A DNA stretch of 64,000 bases, taken from NCBI GenBank assembly GCA_016176785.1, contig JACOWN010000007.1:6970-70969 (forward strand), given 5' to 3'. Origin of the DNA: Parcubacteria group bacterium. Lineage in GTDB: Bacteria > Patescibacteriota > Minisyncoccia > Phycocordibacterales > UBA2135. This document shows positions 26,667 through 37,197 of this stretch, piece after piece. The notes under the pieces were generated by a model. The model had not been told where the DNA came from. It did no database searches and saw nothing but the letters and a program-made list of their open reading frames with translations. Each line of letters starts with the position of its first letter. The first letter of the stretch is position 1. The translations under genes and the position numbers were made by a program.

Positions 26667-27617
26667 ATGGATTTGGAACAGTACAAAAAGAATCCCAAAA
26701 CAAAGTATCTCGCAGAGATGTATCAAAAACTTCTTGAGGAAGAAACGAATCTTGACCATCTCGTTGCAGACGACCCCTCAATGGTCGGGCTTGCCGCCGA
26801 TGAGAAGCGGCGTATCGTCGAACAGCGCGAGGGGGTCTTAAAGCAGATGGACGACATTCTCGCTGGAGGCGGCGAGGAAGCGGCGCCTCCCAAGGAAGTC
26901 ATTTTGGAAGTGCGTGCGGGAGCGGGGGGAGAAGAGGCGGCGCTTTTCGCCCGGGAACTCGCGGATATGTACGGGCGGTACGCCGGAAATGTCGGCTGGT
27001 CGTTCAAAAAAATCGACGGATCGGAGAGCGAACTCGGCGGATACAAAGAGGCGTCGTTTGAGATCAGAGGAGGGGATGCATACGAAAAACTGCGGCATGA
27101 AACGGGTGTGCATCGCATCCAGCGCATACCCGCGACGGAAAAGTCGGGACGCATCCACACCTCAACCGCATCCGTCGCCGTTTTGCCGGTGTACAAAACG
27201 GCCGGTGTAGAAATTAATCCCGCCGATATTGAGGTTGCTTTTTCCCGCGCGGGAGGGCCGGGCGGACAGAACGTGAACAAGGTGGAAACGGCCGTCCGCA
27301 TTACGCACACACCGACAGGTCTCGTGGTGCGCTCCACCGCGGAGCGCAGCCAGCAAAAAAACCGCGAAAAAGCGTTCGCGGTGCTTGCCGCAAAACTTGC
27401 CGAAATGAAAGAAGAAGAAGAGTTCGCGAAACTTTCGGCGGAACGGCGGGCGCAGATCGGCCGCGCCGACAGGTCGGAAAAAATCCGCACCTATAACATC
27501 CCTCAGGACCGCGTTACCGACCACCGCTTGAAACAAAGCTGGCACGGCGTTCCGCGCATCCTTGGCGGAGACATCGGGGAAATAATTGAGGCGTTCCGCG
27601 TTCCGGAAGCGTCGTAA
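26667..27617 (+). CDS. prfA: peptide chain release factor 1
   Basis: GGQ motif ([16 protein letters not shown]) and RF1-type PxT tripeptide ([14 protein letters not shown]); the start at 26667 (or 26649) is preferred over the long upstream ORF extension. Confidence 0.85.
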   Translation: MDLEQYKKNPKTKYLAEMYQKLLEEETNLDHLVADDPSMVGLAADEKRRIVEQREGVLKQMDDILAGGGEEAAPPKEVILEVRAGAGGEEAALFARELADMYGRYAGNVGWSFKKIDGSESELGGYKEASFEIRGGDAYEKLRHETGVHRIQRIPATEKSGRIHTSTASVAVLPVYKTAGVEINPADIEVAFSRAGGPGGQNVNKVETAVRITHTPTGLVVRSTAERSQQKNREKAFAVLAAKLAEMKEEEEFAKLSAERRAQIGRADRSEKIRTYNIPQDRVTDHRLKQSWHGVPRILGGDIGEIIEAFRVPEAS

Positions 27618-27653
27618 TCCCCACCGTTCCCTTCCGCGTGCTATACTACAAGT

Positions 27654-28880
27654 ATGGCGTTTTTCTTTTCTCCTCGTTCACATCAAAAGAAACTCGTCGC
27701 TCTTTTTGACGTCGGCAGCGCATCCGTCGGCGGGGCGCTTGTCGGGGCGGCAACCGGAGAAAAACCGGTCGTCTTTTCCGCAGTCCGCCGCGACCTGCCG
27801 TTCCAGTCGTCGTTTGACATCAAGCGTTTCCGCGCCTCTCTCGGCGAGGCGTTGTCTCTCGTTGCGGCAGACCTCATGCGGCAGGGGATTCCCGCAGTAC
27901 CGCGGGAGAGCGGATACGCATTTCCGCCCCGCAGGGCATTTTGTTTTCTCTCGGCTCCGTGGCATGCGGCGCATCTGCATCGCATCACTATCGCGCGCGA
28001 CAGGCCGTTTAAGGTAACGCGGCAGCTCATTGAGCGCGCCCTCCTCGGGGAGAGCGAAGCCGCGGACGCGGCGCGGACGCCGTACGGAGCGCACTCCGAC
28101 GCGGAACCGATTGAACGGCATGTCGTGCGAACGCTGCTCAATAAATATGACGTTGCGCTTCCCGTCGGCAAAGAAGCGCGGACGGTTGAACTTGACGTCT
28201 ACATGAGTTTTGCGCCGTCTCCGTTCCTTGCCGACATGCGGCGTCGCCTTGAACGAACGTTGTCGCTTGACCGCGTCAGTATCCACTCGTTCCTCCTTTC
28301 TTTTTTTGACGTCGTGCGCAGCGTATGGCACGAAGAAGAACATTTCGTGCTGCTTGACGTAAGCGGCGAAGTCACGGAGGCGGCGCTTATCCAAAGCGGT
28401 TCCATCGTTGACACGTTCTCGTTCCCGATAGGCACGCGAACTTTTTTGCGCGCGCTTGCGCGCGCGCACGGCGTTTCTCCCGCCGAAGCGTTGTCGCTTG
28501 CGAATGTCTATGCGAGCGGCAGAGGAGCGCGCGGCGCCTCAGGCAGGGTCGCCGAAGCGCTTGAAGCAACGCGCCGCGAGTGGCTGGCCGCCGTACACGG
28601 CGGACTCCATCGCGCAACGCGCGGCATCCTCACGCTGCAATCGGTTTTTTTGACGGCAGACCCCCCTTTTGCCGATTGGCTTGCCGAACTTCTGGACAGC
28701 GAGGAACTGCGCCGGTTCGCCCCGACACCCGCAACGTTCTCGGTTCGTCCGCTTACGGCACGGACGCTCGCGCCATTTCTTGAGTACCGCGGCCCGCGGA
28801 CGGCCGACCCTTTTCTTGCGACCGAGGCGCTTCTTGTTTCGCGGGTCGCAGAGGAAGTGCACGGCGGTTTCGGTCTGTGA
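27654..28880 (+). CDS. actin-fold (ASKHA) ATPase, divergent FtsA-like protein
   Basis: LFDVGSASVGGALV phosphate-1-like and LLDVSGEVTEAALI phosphate-2-like motifs; ..IGTRTFLRALARAHGVSPAEALSL.. resembles the FtsA subdomain; a Ppx/GppA relationship is not excluded; TATACT -10 lies 6 nt before the ATG. Confidence 0.5.
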   Translation: MAFFFSPRSHQKKLVALFDVGSASVGGALVGAATGEKPVVFSAVRRDLPFQSSFDIKRFRASLGEALSLVAADLMRQGIPAVPRESGYAFPPRRAFCFLSAPWHAAHLHRITIARDRPFKVTRQLIERALLGESEAADAARTPYGAHSDAEPIERHVVRTLLNKYDVALPVGKEARTVELDVYMSFAPSPFLADMRRRLERTLSLDRVSIHSFLLSFFDVVRSVWHEEEHFVLLDVSGEVTEAALIQSGSIVDTFSFPIGTRTFLRALARAHGVSPAEALSLANVYASGRGARGASGRVAEALEATRREWLAAVHGGLHRATRGILTLQSVFLTADPPFADWLAELLDSEELRRFAPTPATFSVRPLTARTLAPFLEYRGPRTADPFLATEALLVSRVAEEVHGGFGL

Positions 28881-28926
28881 TATGATTATGTGTGCGCAGA
28901 TATTTTTCTCATTTCCGTAAAACCCC

Positions 28927-30255
28927 ATGTCCAATCGCAAATTTCACGACATACGCATACGGGGGAGTTCACCGAGAGCACCCGCGTCTCCGCGCGGTAA
29001 GGCTCGTCCTGAAGAGCGGCGCATGCCCGAGGCGCCGCGCGCACCCGGTCTTTTCCGGCGCATGGTGCAGCCGCCGCGCCCGGGAAAGCCGTCATATTCC
29101 CGCATGTTGTTGTGGGGCACCGTGTGCGCCGCTCTCGCGCTTCTTATCGGTTCGTTCTCAACTCTTTTTGAGGGCGCCACGGTTACGATTACGCCGCGCG
29201 CCAAAACCATTCCCGTTGATACGACCTTTTCGGCGCGGCGCGCATCCGCGGCGGGCGACACCGACCTCTCTTTTGACGTGATTGAACTCAAAACTTCGGC
29301 GAAGAGGGAAATTCCGGCAACCGAAGTGAAGCAGGTTGAGCGCCGCGCCTCGGGACAGATCGTCATTTACAACAACTACAACAAATTCAGCCAGCGTCTG
29401 ATAAAAAATACCCGTTTTGAAACGCCGGACGGCTTGATTTACCGCATTTACGAATCGGTGGTCGTTCCCGGCCAAAAAGTAGAGAACGGCAAGACGCTCC
29501 CGGGGTCCATTGAAGTGACGGTATATGCCGATGCACCGGGAGAAAAATACAACACCGGTCTCGTGGATTTCACCGTTCCCGGATTTAAGGGTACGCCGCG
29601 GTTCGCTTCCTTTTACGCACGGGGCAAGACGCCGATCGCCGGAGGGTTTGTCGGCGTCGTCAAGACCGTATCGCAAGCGGAACGAAAACGCGTTGAGGAA
29701 GAACTTCGCCAAGAAGTGACGCAGCAGTTGCTCGCGGCGGCGCATGCGCAAGTTCCCGCCGGTATGACGCTTTTTGACAACGGCGTATTTATGAAACACG
29801 AAAGCCCTTCGGATGCGGAACAAGAGGACATCGCGCAGAAAACGGTTACTATTGAACAAAAGGCGGCGCTCTCCGCGGTCATATTTCCCGCGCGCGCATT
29901 CGCGTATTTTGTTGCCCGAAAACTTCTTTCGGAAACGGAAATTGCCGCAGGCGATATTCTCGAGATCGCGAACATCGACGAGCTGACATTCGCGATAGCG
30001 GAAAAGGAAAAAGTTGACCCGTCCAAAGACACGACGCTCCGATTTTCTTTGCGCGGCAACCCGACTTTCGTGTGGCAATTTGATGAAGCGGCGGTACGTC
30101 AAAAGTTGGCTGGCAAGCGGAAGGATGAGCTGTCAAGCGTCTTGTCGCAATTCGCGAGTATCACGAAAGCGGAGGTCGCCGCCCGTCCTTTCTGGAAGGC
30201 TTCGTTTCCGGATAATGCCTCCGATATTACGATAGAGCAGGCGGTAACGAAGTAA
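28927..30255 (+). CDS. hypothetical membrane-anchored extracytoplasmic protein
   Basis: 442 aa; Pro/Arg-rich N-tail, one TM segment (LLWGTVCAALALLIGSF), large beta-rich ectodomain; no recognisable motif. Confidence 0.5.
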   Translation: MSNRKFHDIRIRGSSPRAPASPRGKARPEERRMPEAPRAPGLFRRMVQPPRPGKPSYSRMLLWGTVCAALALLIGSFSTLFEGATVTITPRAKTIPVDTTFSARRASAAGDTDLSFDVIELKTSAKREIPATEVKQVERRASGQIVIYNNYNKFSQRLIKNTRFETPDGLIYRIYESVVVPGQKVENGKTLPGSIEVTVYADAPGEKYNTGLVDFTVPGFKGTPRFASFYARGKTPIAGGFVGVVKTVSQAERKRVEEELRQEVTQQLLAAAHAQVPAGMTLFDNGVFMKHESPSDAEQEDIAQKTVTIEQKAALSAVIFPARAFAYFVARKLLSETEIAAGDILEIANIDELTFAIAEKEKVDPSKDTTLRFSLRGNPTFVWQFDEAAVRQKLAGKRKDELSSVLSQFASITKAEVAARPFWKASFPDNASDITIEQAVTK

Positions 30256-30269
30256 AAAGTTTGGGCTCG

Positions 30270-30299
30270 TTGACACCGAGCGGGGTTTTTTGCTATTAT
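30270..30299 (+). promoter_or_regulatory. sigma70-like promoter TTGACA-18-TATTAT upstream of infA
   Basis: -35 at 30270-30275, -10 at 30294-30299; overlaps a weak hairpin plus T-tract that may terminate the upstream gene. Confidence 0.35.
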
Positions 30300-30320
30300 A
30301 TCCTCGACACTTCGAAAGAG

Positions 30321-30536
30321 ATGGCGCAACAGAAGCAAGCAGAAAAAGCGATAGGGACAGTGACTGAGGCACTGCCCAGCGCTTTGTTTCGCGTTACTCT
30401 GGGGGGCGGCGAGGCCATTCTCGCGTATCTCTCGGGTAAAATGCGCATGTACCGCATCCGCGTCCTCGTCGGAGACAAAGTGGAAGTTGAGCGGGACCCG
30501 TACGGCGGCAAGGGGCGTATCGTACGGCGGCTGTAA
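30321..30536 (+). CDS. infA: translation initiation factor IF-1
   Basis: 72 aa; S1-like OB fold; ..[10 protein letters not shown].....LSGKMR...IR.L.GDKV.VE..PY....GRIV.R. Confidence 0.85.
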   Translation: MAQQKQAEKAIGTVTEALPSALFRVTLGGGEAILAYLSGKMRMYRIRVLVGDKVEVERDPYGGKGRIVRRL

Positions 30537-30556
30537 TGCGTCCGTTTTCGTGCATT

Positions 30557-30670
30557 ATGAAAGTAAAAGCATCAGTAAAAAAGATATGCGCAAAGTGCCA
30601 GATGGTGCGGCGAAAGGGCCGTTTACATATTATTTGCACGAACCCAAAACATAAGCAGAGGCAGGGGTAG
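30557..30670 (+). CDS. rpmJ: ribosomal protein L36
   Basis: 37 aa [37 protein letters not shown]; below the ORF-track length cutoff; canonical position between infA and rpsM. Confidence 0.85.
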   Translation: MKVKASVKKICAKCQMVRRKGRLHIICTNPKHKQRQG

Positions 30671-30768
30671 AAAACGGAGAGTGCAAATTTAAGAATTAAA
30701 AGTTGCCGAACCGGGCCGTACTCAATACCCAACTTTGTTTTTTATCCTTTAATTTTTACATTCGGAAC

Positions 30769-31149
30769 ATGCGTATCGCGGGCATCACAATTCCAGACAC
30801 AAAACATTTAAGCGTCGGCTTGACGGCGATTTACGGCATTGGCAGGTCGCGCGCGCGCGACATTTTGAAAACTGCCGGCGTGTCTCCCGAGACAAAACCG
30901 AAGGACCTCGGGACCGAGGCGGAAAACGCAATTCGCCAAAGCGTCGAGGCGTTCACGATAGAAGGAGAGCTGCGCCGCGAGGTGAGCGCGAACATTAAGC
31001 GCCTGAAAGACATTAAAAGTTATCGGGGAGGGCGGCACACGCGCCGTCTTCCGACGCGCGGCCAACGGACAAAAGTGAACTCGCGAACGGTTCGGGGAAA
31101 TGTCAGAAATACCATGGGTTCGGGAAGGCGCAAGCTTGAAAAGACCTAA
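30769..31149 (+). CDS. rpsM: ribosomal protein S13
   Basis: MRIAGI.IP..K.......IYGIG...A...L.. and C-terminal ..GRRHTRRLPTRGQRTKVN.RT. Confidence 0.85.
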   Translation: MRIAGITIPDTKHLSVGLTAIYGIGRSRARDILKTAGVSPETKPKDLGTEAENAIRQSVEAFTIEGELRREVSANIKRLKDIKSYRGGRHTRRLPTRGQRTKVNSRTVRGNVRNTMGSGRRKLEKT

Positions 31150-31191
31150 TTTTTTGGATGGAGAATGGCTCTTTGCTCATCGTGAACGCAC

Positions 31192-31626
31192 ATGGGAAAA
31201 AAACGCACCGTACAAAAAAAGGGAGGAGGATTTGATGCCGCGCTCAAGGCGCGTGCGCTTTCGCGTACCGCGCGGCGCAAGGTGGGGTCGGGGACGCTTT
31301 ACATAGAGGCGACGTATAACAACACCAAGTGCGTGCTTGCCGACAAGAGCGGCAATACACTCGCATGGTCGTCATCCGGCAACCTCGGGTTTAAGGGCAC
31401 CAAAAAAGGGACGCCGTTTGCGGCGGCAAAGGTCGGCGAACTGATGGGGGAGCGCGCGCAGCAGGTCGGCATGCAGGACGTTGCCGTCTCCATTAAAGGA
31501 GTCGGAGCGGGCCGAGAATCCGCGTTGCGTTCTTTTGCCGCAAAAGGGGTCAGTATCAGCGCCATTCGTGACCAGACCCCCGTGCCATTCAACGGTCCGC
31601 GGCCGCCCAAAAAACGCCGCGTCTAA
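31192..31626 (+). CDS. rpsK: ribosomal protein S11
   Basis: ..ATYNNTKCVLADKSGNTLAWSSSGNLGFKGTKKGTPFAA...PFNGPRPPKKRRV. Confidence 0.85.
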   Translation: MGKKRTVQKKGGGFDAALKARALSRTARRKVGSGTLYIEATYNNTKCVLADKSGNTLAWSSSGNLGFKGTKKGTPFAAAKVGELMGERAQQVGMQDVAVSIKGVGAGRESALRSFAAKGVSISAIRDQTPVPFNGPRPPKKRRV

Positions 31627-31655
31627 GCAAAAGAGTTCAACAATGATCACAAGGT

Positions 31656-32264
31656 ATGCCCAGGATTAAACAATTCAAGATCGCCCGCCGGTTGGGAGCA
31701 CGCGTCTTTCCCAAGACGGAGAACCCGCGGTTCGTGCTGACGCCGCGCCAACGCACGCAGAAACACCGCGTTGCGCCTCTTTCGGAATACGGCACCCAAT
31801 TGCTGGAAAAACAAAAAGTCCGTTACGCATACGGTCTGCGCGAAGCGCAATTTTCAAACTACGTTAAAAAGGCGATGGGGAAAAAGGGCGCAAACTCGGC
31901 GGCGCAACTTTTTCGGCTGTTGGAAAGCCGCGCCGATAACGTCGTCTACCGTCTCGGTCTGGCGAACACGCGCCGCGCGGCGCGGCAAATGGTCTCGCAC
32001 GGCCATATCACCGTGAACGGCCGGAAGACGACCGTCCCTTCGCAGTCGCTTTCCGTCGGCGATCGGGTCGGCGTGCGGGCCGGAAGCTCCGGAAAAAAAC
32101 TTTTCCAGGAGATCGAGAAATCGTTTGAAACGCGTACGCCCCCCGCGTGGCTTGCGCGAGACGAAAAAAAACGCGAGGGGGTGGTTTCGGCGGCGCCGTC
32201 TCTTGAAACCGGCGGCGAGGCGCTTTTCAACCTAACGTCGGTCATAGAGTTTTATAGTCGTTAG
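31656..32264 (+). CDS. rpsD: ribosomal protein S4
   Basis: ..LSEYGTQLLEKQKVRYAYGLREAQFSNY...RADNVVYRLGLANTRRAARQMVSHGHITVNG. Confidence 0.85.
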   Translation: MPRIKQFKIARRLGARVFPKTENPRFVLTPRQRTQKHRVAPLSEYGTQLLEKQKVRYAYGLREAQFSNYVKKAMGKKGANSAAQLFRLLESRADNVVYRLGLANTRRAARQMVSHGHITVNGRKTTVPSQSLSVGDRVGVRAGSSGKKLFQEIEKSFETRTPPAWLARDEKKREGVVSAAPSLETGGEALFNLTSVIEFYSR

Positions 32265-32289
32265 CCATTATTGTTCGCTCATATTTATT

Positions 32290-33258
32290 ATGGAGATTAT
32301 TCTTCCGTCAAAACCAAAAGTTGTTAAAGAAGAAGGCGCGCGCGGCGCGTACGAGATCGAAGGTCTCTACCCCGGCTACGGCCACACGCTGGGGAACTCG
32401 TTGCGCCGCATCATTTTGTCATCTTTGGTCGGCGCCGCGATCACCTCGGTTAAAATCGACGGCGCGAGCCACGAATTCTCAACCCTTGAAGGAGTGAAAG
32501 AAGACGTCATTTCCATTCTCCTTAATCTGAAGAAGGTCAGTTTTAAACTTGCGACCGGAGAGCCGCAGGAGGCGCGGTTGAAAGTGAAGGGTCCCAAAAC
32601 GGTCACGGCAAAAGACATAGAAGCGCCCGGTCAGGTTGAGATTTTGAACCCCGGGCAGTATATCGCGGAAATTACCGGCAAGAACACCGCGCTTGACATC
32701 TCCATCCGGATAGAAAAAGGGCTTGGGTATGTATCCAAAAACGTGCTGCAGAAAGAAAAAATCGAACGGGGAACGATCGCGCTTGATGCGGTCTTTTCTC
32801 CCATTCGCCGCGTGAATTACGAGGTTGAAAACATGCGTGTCGGCGAGCGGACCGATTACAACCGCCTGCGCATCTCCATTGAAACTGACGGCACTATTTC
32901 CCCGCGGGAAGCGCTTGAAGAGGCGATCATGATCATGGTCAAACAACTGAAGGCGATCGTCGGCTTCCAAGAAGAGATGGCGGCAGTCGCCGCTCCGGAA
33001 GAGGGCGCGGGGGCGGTCGGAGACCTCGGCGCCGAAGGCGAGCGTCCCGAAGAAGACAAAGAATTCCTAAAAACACGCATTGACACGCTTGGTTTTTCAA
33101 CACGAACGGCAAATGCGCTCACCAAAGCAAACATCAGAACCGTCGGAGGGCTTGCGCGCAAAAGCGAAAAAGACCTCCTTGATGTTGAGGGAATGGGCGA
33201 AAAGGGAGTGCAAGAGATCAAACGAACGCTGTCAAATTTTGGGATTACGCTCAAATAA
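32290..33258 (+). CDS. rpoA: DNA-directed RNA polymerase alpha subunit
   Basis: 322 aa; N-terminal dimerisation domain (..GYGHTLGNSLRRILLSS..) plus C-terminal alpha-CTD. Confidence 0.9.
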   Translation: MEIILPSKPKVVKEEGARGAYEIEGLYPGYGHTLGNSLRRIILSSLVGAAITSVKIDGASHEFSTLEGVKEDVISILLNLKKVSFKLATGEPQEARLKVKGPKTVTAKDIEAPGQVEILNPGQYIAEITGKNTALDISIRIEKGLGYVSKNVLQKEKIERGTIALDAVFSPIRRVNYEVENMRVGERTDYNRLRISIETDGTISPREALEEAIMIMVKQLKAIVGFQEEMAAVAAPEEGAGAVGDLGAEGERPEEDKEFLKTRIDTLGFSTRTANALTKANIRTVGGLARKSEKDLLDVEGMGEKGVQEIKRTLSNFGITLK

Positions 33259-33267
33259 CGCATTACC

Positions 33268-33621
33268 GTGAGACACCACGATAAGAACAGAAAATTCGGC
33301 CGGACGCGGAATGTGCGCCGCGCGCTCATGCGCACGCTCGCGCTTTCGCTCATTTCCGCAGAAGCGATAGTTACGACCGAAGCGAAAGCCAAAGAACTCC
33401 GCCCTTTCATTGAGCGGCTTGTCACCAGAGGCCGAAGCGGCACCGTGGCGGCTCGCCGCCTCGTCGCCCAACGATTGGGCGGCAATGCGGACGGCGCGAT
33501 GAAACTTGTCAAAGAGATTGCTCCGCGTTATAAAGAACGGCAGGGCGGCTACACGCGCATCACGAAAATGCGCGCGCGGATAAGCGACGGCAGCCCCATG
33601 GCCCGCATTGAATTCGTATAA
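33268..33621 (+). CDS. rplQ: ribosomal protein L17 (GTG start)
   Basis: MRHHDKNRKFGRT...RAL...L...L.....I.TT..KAKELR. Confidence 0.85.
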   Translation: MRHHDKNRKFGRTRNVRRALMRTLALSLISAEAIVTTEAKAKELRPFIERLVTRGRSGTVAARRLVAQRLGGNADGAMKLVKEIAPRYKERQGGYTRITKMRARISDGSPMARIEFV

Positions 33622-33632
33622 GTATAAAAGGC

Positions 33633-33977
33633 ATGAAAATAACTCTTGATGCACGGGGAAAAAAATTGGGGCGCATCGCAAGCGAAGCGGCGACATTGCT
33701 TATGGGGAAGGGAGATGCGTCTTATGAACGCCGCCGTGCCGGCGAGACCGAGGTTACAATCGTGAACGCGGCGCGCCTTGACCTCTCGGCTCGTAAGCGC
33801 GCCGGAAAACGCTACACGCGATATTCGGGCTACCCGGGCGGCCTTCGGGAGGAATCGCTTGCCGCCGCCATCTCAAAACACGGATACCAAGAGCCGCTGC
33901 GCCGCGCCGTTTACGGGATGCTGCCCGCCAACCGTTTGCGGAAAAACCGCATGCAGCGTTTGAGCATCCGCGATTAA
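33633..33977 (+). CDS. rplM: ribosomal protein L13
   Basis: ..GKKLGRIASEAA.LL.GK.......R...G..V.IVNA. Confidence 0.85.
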   Translation: MKITLDARGKKLGRIASEAATLLMGKGDASYERRRAGETEVTIVNAARLDLSARKRAGKRYTRYSGYPGGLREESLAAAISKHGYQEPLRRAVYGMLPANRLRKNRMQRLSIRD

Positions 33978-34013
33978 AATACGCGGCGTCGGAAGGCGCC
34001 ACTTTTGTATCTT

Positions 34014-34460
34014 ATGCAAGAAACCGTACCGCATGAAGAATGGAAACTTGAACCGCGCCTTAAGGGGCGGTATGTTGAGGCGGTCGGACGCCGCAAAACC
34101 GCCGTCGCGCGGGTCCGGATCACCGAAAGCGCCGCGCGCACGCCGGTTTTTTCGGTGAACGGAAAAGCAATGCGCGATTATTTTCCTACCGATGAAATGA
34201 GGGCGATCGCGACGGAGGCGCTCCGAATGTTCGGCGCGCTTAAAGTGTTTGACGTGTCGGCGCACATACGCGGAGGAGGCATCCATTCGCACGTTGAAGC
34301 GTTGCGGCTCGGTCTTTCCCGCGCGCTGGTGCTCTATGAAGCCGGACTCCGCGGCCCTCTCAAGAAGAAAGGGCTCTTATCGCGCGACCAGCGCATGAAA
34401 GAACGGCGTAAATTCGGAAAAAAGAAAGCGAGGAAGGCCCCGCAGTGGTCAAAACGGTAA
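34014..34460 (+). CDS. rpsI: ribosomal protein S9
   Basis: ..GRRKTAVARV.......GGG...H.EALRLG..RAL......LR..LKK.GLL.RD.R..ERRK.GKKKARK..QWSKR. Confidence 0.85.
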   Translation: MQETVPHEEWKLEPRLKGRYVEAVGRRKTAVARVRITESAARTPVFSVNGKAMRDYFPTDEMRAIATEALRMFGALKVFDVSAHIRGGGIHSHVEALRLGLSRALVLYEAGLRGPLKKKGLLSRDQRMKERRKFGKKKARKAPQWSKR

Positions 34461-34518
34461 TTTATTCCAAAGAATGATGAACCCCGGGGGCACGCCCGGG
34501 GTTTACCGTTGAGGAAAA

Positions 34519-34547
34519 CTTGACAGACGTGTCTGAAACAACTATAG
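34519..34547 (+). promoter_or_regulatory. consensus sigma70 promoter TTGACA-17-TATAGT of the grpE-dnaK-dnaJ operon, leaderless spacing
   Basis: -35 at 34519-34524, -10 at 34542-34547, ATG at 34555 (7 nt downstream); no CIRCE-like element seen. Confidence 0.55.
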
Positions 34548-34554
34548 TATTTTT

Positions 34555-35151
34555 ATGAGTGAAGAAGAAAACAAGGCGCCGGCTCCCGAGGGGGCGGAGG
34601 AATCGCCTGACGTTCTCATCGTTGAGACCGACACGGAAGCGGCGGAGGGGTCCCTCAAGGGGGCGGTGAAGAAACTGCGGGACGAGCTCAAGGCGTGCGA
34701 GAAAGAACGCCAGGAATATCTCGCCGGCTGGCAACGCGCCAAAGCGGATTTCATCAATGCGCGGAATGAAGAGGAGCGGGCGCGGAAAGAGTTTGCGTCC
34801 TATGCGACCGAATCGGTGATGCGCGGATTGCTGCCGGTCTTGGATAATTTTGAACGCGCGCTTAAAGACACGGCGGCGCGAGATGCCGCCTCGGAAGCAT
34901 GGCGGAGCGGTATAGAACTTATCCATGAACAGATGAAAGAATTGCTCAAAAGATACGGCGTTTCCGCTTTCGCGCCGTCGGAGGGCGAACGTTTTGACCC
35001 GGCGCGCCACGAGACCGTCGGGACGGTTCCCGCGCGCACGGAAGAAGAGGACGGTTTGGTGCGTGAAGTCGTCGAGAAGGGGTATATAATGAAGAGCAAG
35101 GTCATTCGTCCCGCGCGGGTCAGGATAGCCGTTTTCCAAAAAGAAAAATAA
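34555..35151 (+). CDS. grpE: nucleotide exchange factor GrpE
   Basis: 198 aa; long N-terminal helix (...LKACEKERQEYLAGWQRAKADFINARNEEER..) plus C-terminal beta domain (..GYIMKSKVIRPARVRIA). Confidence 0.85.
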   Translation: MSEEENKAPAPEGAEESPDVLIVETDTEAAEGSLKGAVKKLRDELKACEKERQEYLAGWQRAKADFINARNEEERARKEFASYATESVMRGLLPVLDNFERALKDTAARDAASEAWRSGIELIHEQMKELLKRYGVSAFAPSEGERFDPARHETVGTVPARTEEEDGLVREVVEKGYIMKSKVIRPARVRIAVFQKEK

Positions 35152-35187
35152 TTCGTTTCGCAATCGTAATGCATCTAATTTTTATTT

Positions 35188-37104
35188 ATGACAAAAATAC
35201 TTGGTATTGACCTCGGCACGACGAATTCCGCGATGGCCATCGTTGAAGGGGGCCGTCCGAGGATAATTGAAAATGCCGAAGGCGGGCGGACAACCCCCTC
35301 GGTTGTCGCCGTGTCAAAAGCGGGGGAACGGCTCGTCGGGCTTATCGCGAAGCGCCAGGCGATAACCAACCCCGAAAACACCGTCCACGGCATCAAGCGT
35401 TTTATGGGGCATCGTTTCAACGACCCCGTCATCCAGAAAGAAAAGAGCGCCGTATCGTATGATGTCGCAAAAGGCGACGGAGAAGGTGCGAAGGTCCGCA
35501 TGGGAGACGCGTACTACACGCCGGAGGAAGTTTCGGCGATGATACTTCAAAAGATGAAGCGCGACGCCGAGGCAAAATTAGGCGAAAAAATCACCGAAGC
35601 GGTCATTACCGTTCCCGCATATTTTGACGATTCCCAACGGAAGGCGACCAAGGTCGCGGGAGAAGTCGCCGGTTTTACCGTGCACCGCATTTTGAACGAA
35701 CCGACGGCGGCGGCGCTTGCGTACGGGTTGGATAAAAAGAAGAACGAACGGATCGCCGTATTTGATTTCGGCGGAGGAACTTTTGACATCACCGTGCTTG
35801 AGGTCAGCGGAGAAGTGATCGAAGTGAAGGCGACTGACGGCGACAGCCACATGGGCGGCGAGGACATTGACCGCGACATCGTCGCCTTTATTGCGGGCGA
35901 GTTCAAGAAAGAAAGCGGCATTGATGTTTCGCGAGACCCGCTCGCGCTCCAGCGGCTCAAGGAAGCGGCGGAAAAAGCGAAGCATGAGCTCTCGGAAACG
36001 ACGGAATCGGAGATCAATTTGCCGTTCATAACCTCGGATGCAGCCGGCCCGAAGCATCTTGTCATGCGCCTTTCGCGCGCCGCGTTGGAACGCATCGCCG
36101 CGCCGTACATCGACAAGGCCGTCGCGATCACGAAACGCGCCCTTGAAGCGTCAAAGTTTCAAATGGACGAAATTGACGAAGTGATCCTCGTGGGCGGCCA
36201 GACGCGCATGCCTGCGATCGTCGCCGCGGTGCGCGCGCTCTTCGGCAAAGAGCCGAACAAATCCATCAACCCCGACGAGGTCGTCGCCGCCGGCGCCGCG
36301 ATCCAGGCGGGGATCATCCAAGGGGACGTTAAAGACATCCTTCTGCTCGATGTTACGCCGCTTTCGCTCGGCATCGAAACCCTTGGCGGGGTGGCGACAA
36401 AGGTTATCGAGCGGAACACGACCGTTCCGACGGCGCGGACGCAGGTGTTTTCAACGGCGGCGGACAATCAGACCTCGGTTGAGATCCATGTGATGCAGGG
36501 CGAGCGGCCGATGGCGGCTGACAACAAAACACTCGGCCGATTCATTCTGGACGGGATCCCTCCTTCGCCGCGCGGTTTACCGCAAATTGAGGTGACGTTT
36601 GACATTGACGCAAACGGCATCCTTTCCGTTACCGCCAAGGATAAAGCGAGCGGCAAAGCGCAGTCAATTCGCATTGAGGCGAGCTCCAATTTGCCGGCGG
36701 ATGAAATTGAACGCATGAAGCGGGATGCGGAGGCGCATGCGGCCGACGACGAGCGGAAGAAGTCGTTCGCAGAGGCGAAAAATGCGGGAGAAACGCTCGC
36801 CTATACCGCCGAAAAAGCGCTTTCGGAAAATAAAGCGCGCATTCCCGCTGACGTAACGGCATCGGTTGAAGAAAAGATCGGCGCGTTGCGCGCCGCGCTC
36901 GGCGGCGAAGATGCGGAAGCCGTCAAGACGGCGACTTCCGCGTTGTCGGCGGCGATGCAGAAAATCGGCGAGGCGGTTGCGCGCGGGAAGAGCGGTTCGT
37001 CTCCCGATTCCGGCACGCCGCCTTCGCCGGGCACCGACACCGGACCGACGCGCGACGCCGATGTTGAAGACGAGAACGACGCGGGCGGAGAGAAAGCTCC
37101 GTAA
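35188..37104 (+). CDS. dnaK: molecular chaperone DnaK (Hsp70)
   Basis: 638 aa; [29 protein letters not shown] signatures. Confidence 0.95.
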   Translation: MTKILGIDLGTTNSAMAIVEGGRPRIIENAEGGRTTPSVVAVSKAGERLVGLIAKRQAITNPENTVHGIKRFMGHRFNDPVIQKEKSAVSYDVAKGDGEGAKVRMGDAYYTPEEVSAMILQKMKRDAEAKLGEKITEAVITVPAYFDDSQRKATKVAGEVAGFTVHRILNEPTAAALAYGLDKKKNERIAVFDFGGGTFDITVLEVSGEVIEVKATDGDSHMGGEDIDRDIVAFIAGEFKKESGIDVSRDPLALQRLKEAAEKAKHELSETTESEINLPFITSDAAGPKHLVMRLSRAALERIAAPYIDKAVAITKRALEASKFQMDEIDEVILVGGQTRMPAIVAAVRALFGKEPNKSINPDEVVAAGAAIQAGIIQGDVKDILLLDVTPLSLGIETLGGVATKVIERNTTVPTARTQVFSTAADNQTSVEIHVMQGERPMAADNKTLGRFILDGIPPSPRGLPQIEVTFDIDANGILSVTAKDKASGKAQSIRIEASSNLPADEIERMKRDAEAHAADDERKKSFAEAKNAGETLAYTAEKALSENKARIPADVTASVEEKIGALRAALGGEDAEAVKTATSALSAAMQKIGEAVARGKSGSSPDSGTPPSPGTDTGPTRDADVEDENDAGGEKAP

Positions 37105-37197
37105 TCCGCGGAACGCGTCCGCAGTTTGCCGTGAAGCGGCGCATCCGGTATACTGGAATGCACAGCCGGCTTCTCCTTCGCCATCCTTATTTTTTGT

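Noticed and set aside
34461-34554. HrcA CIRCE element upstream of grpE-dnaK-dnaJ
   Set aside because: I looked for TTAGCACTC-N9-GAGTGCTAA and found no match. Only a consensus sigma70 promoter is present.
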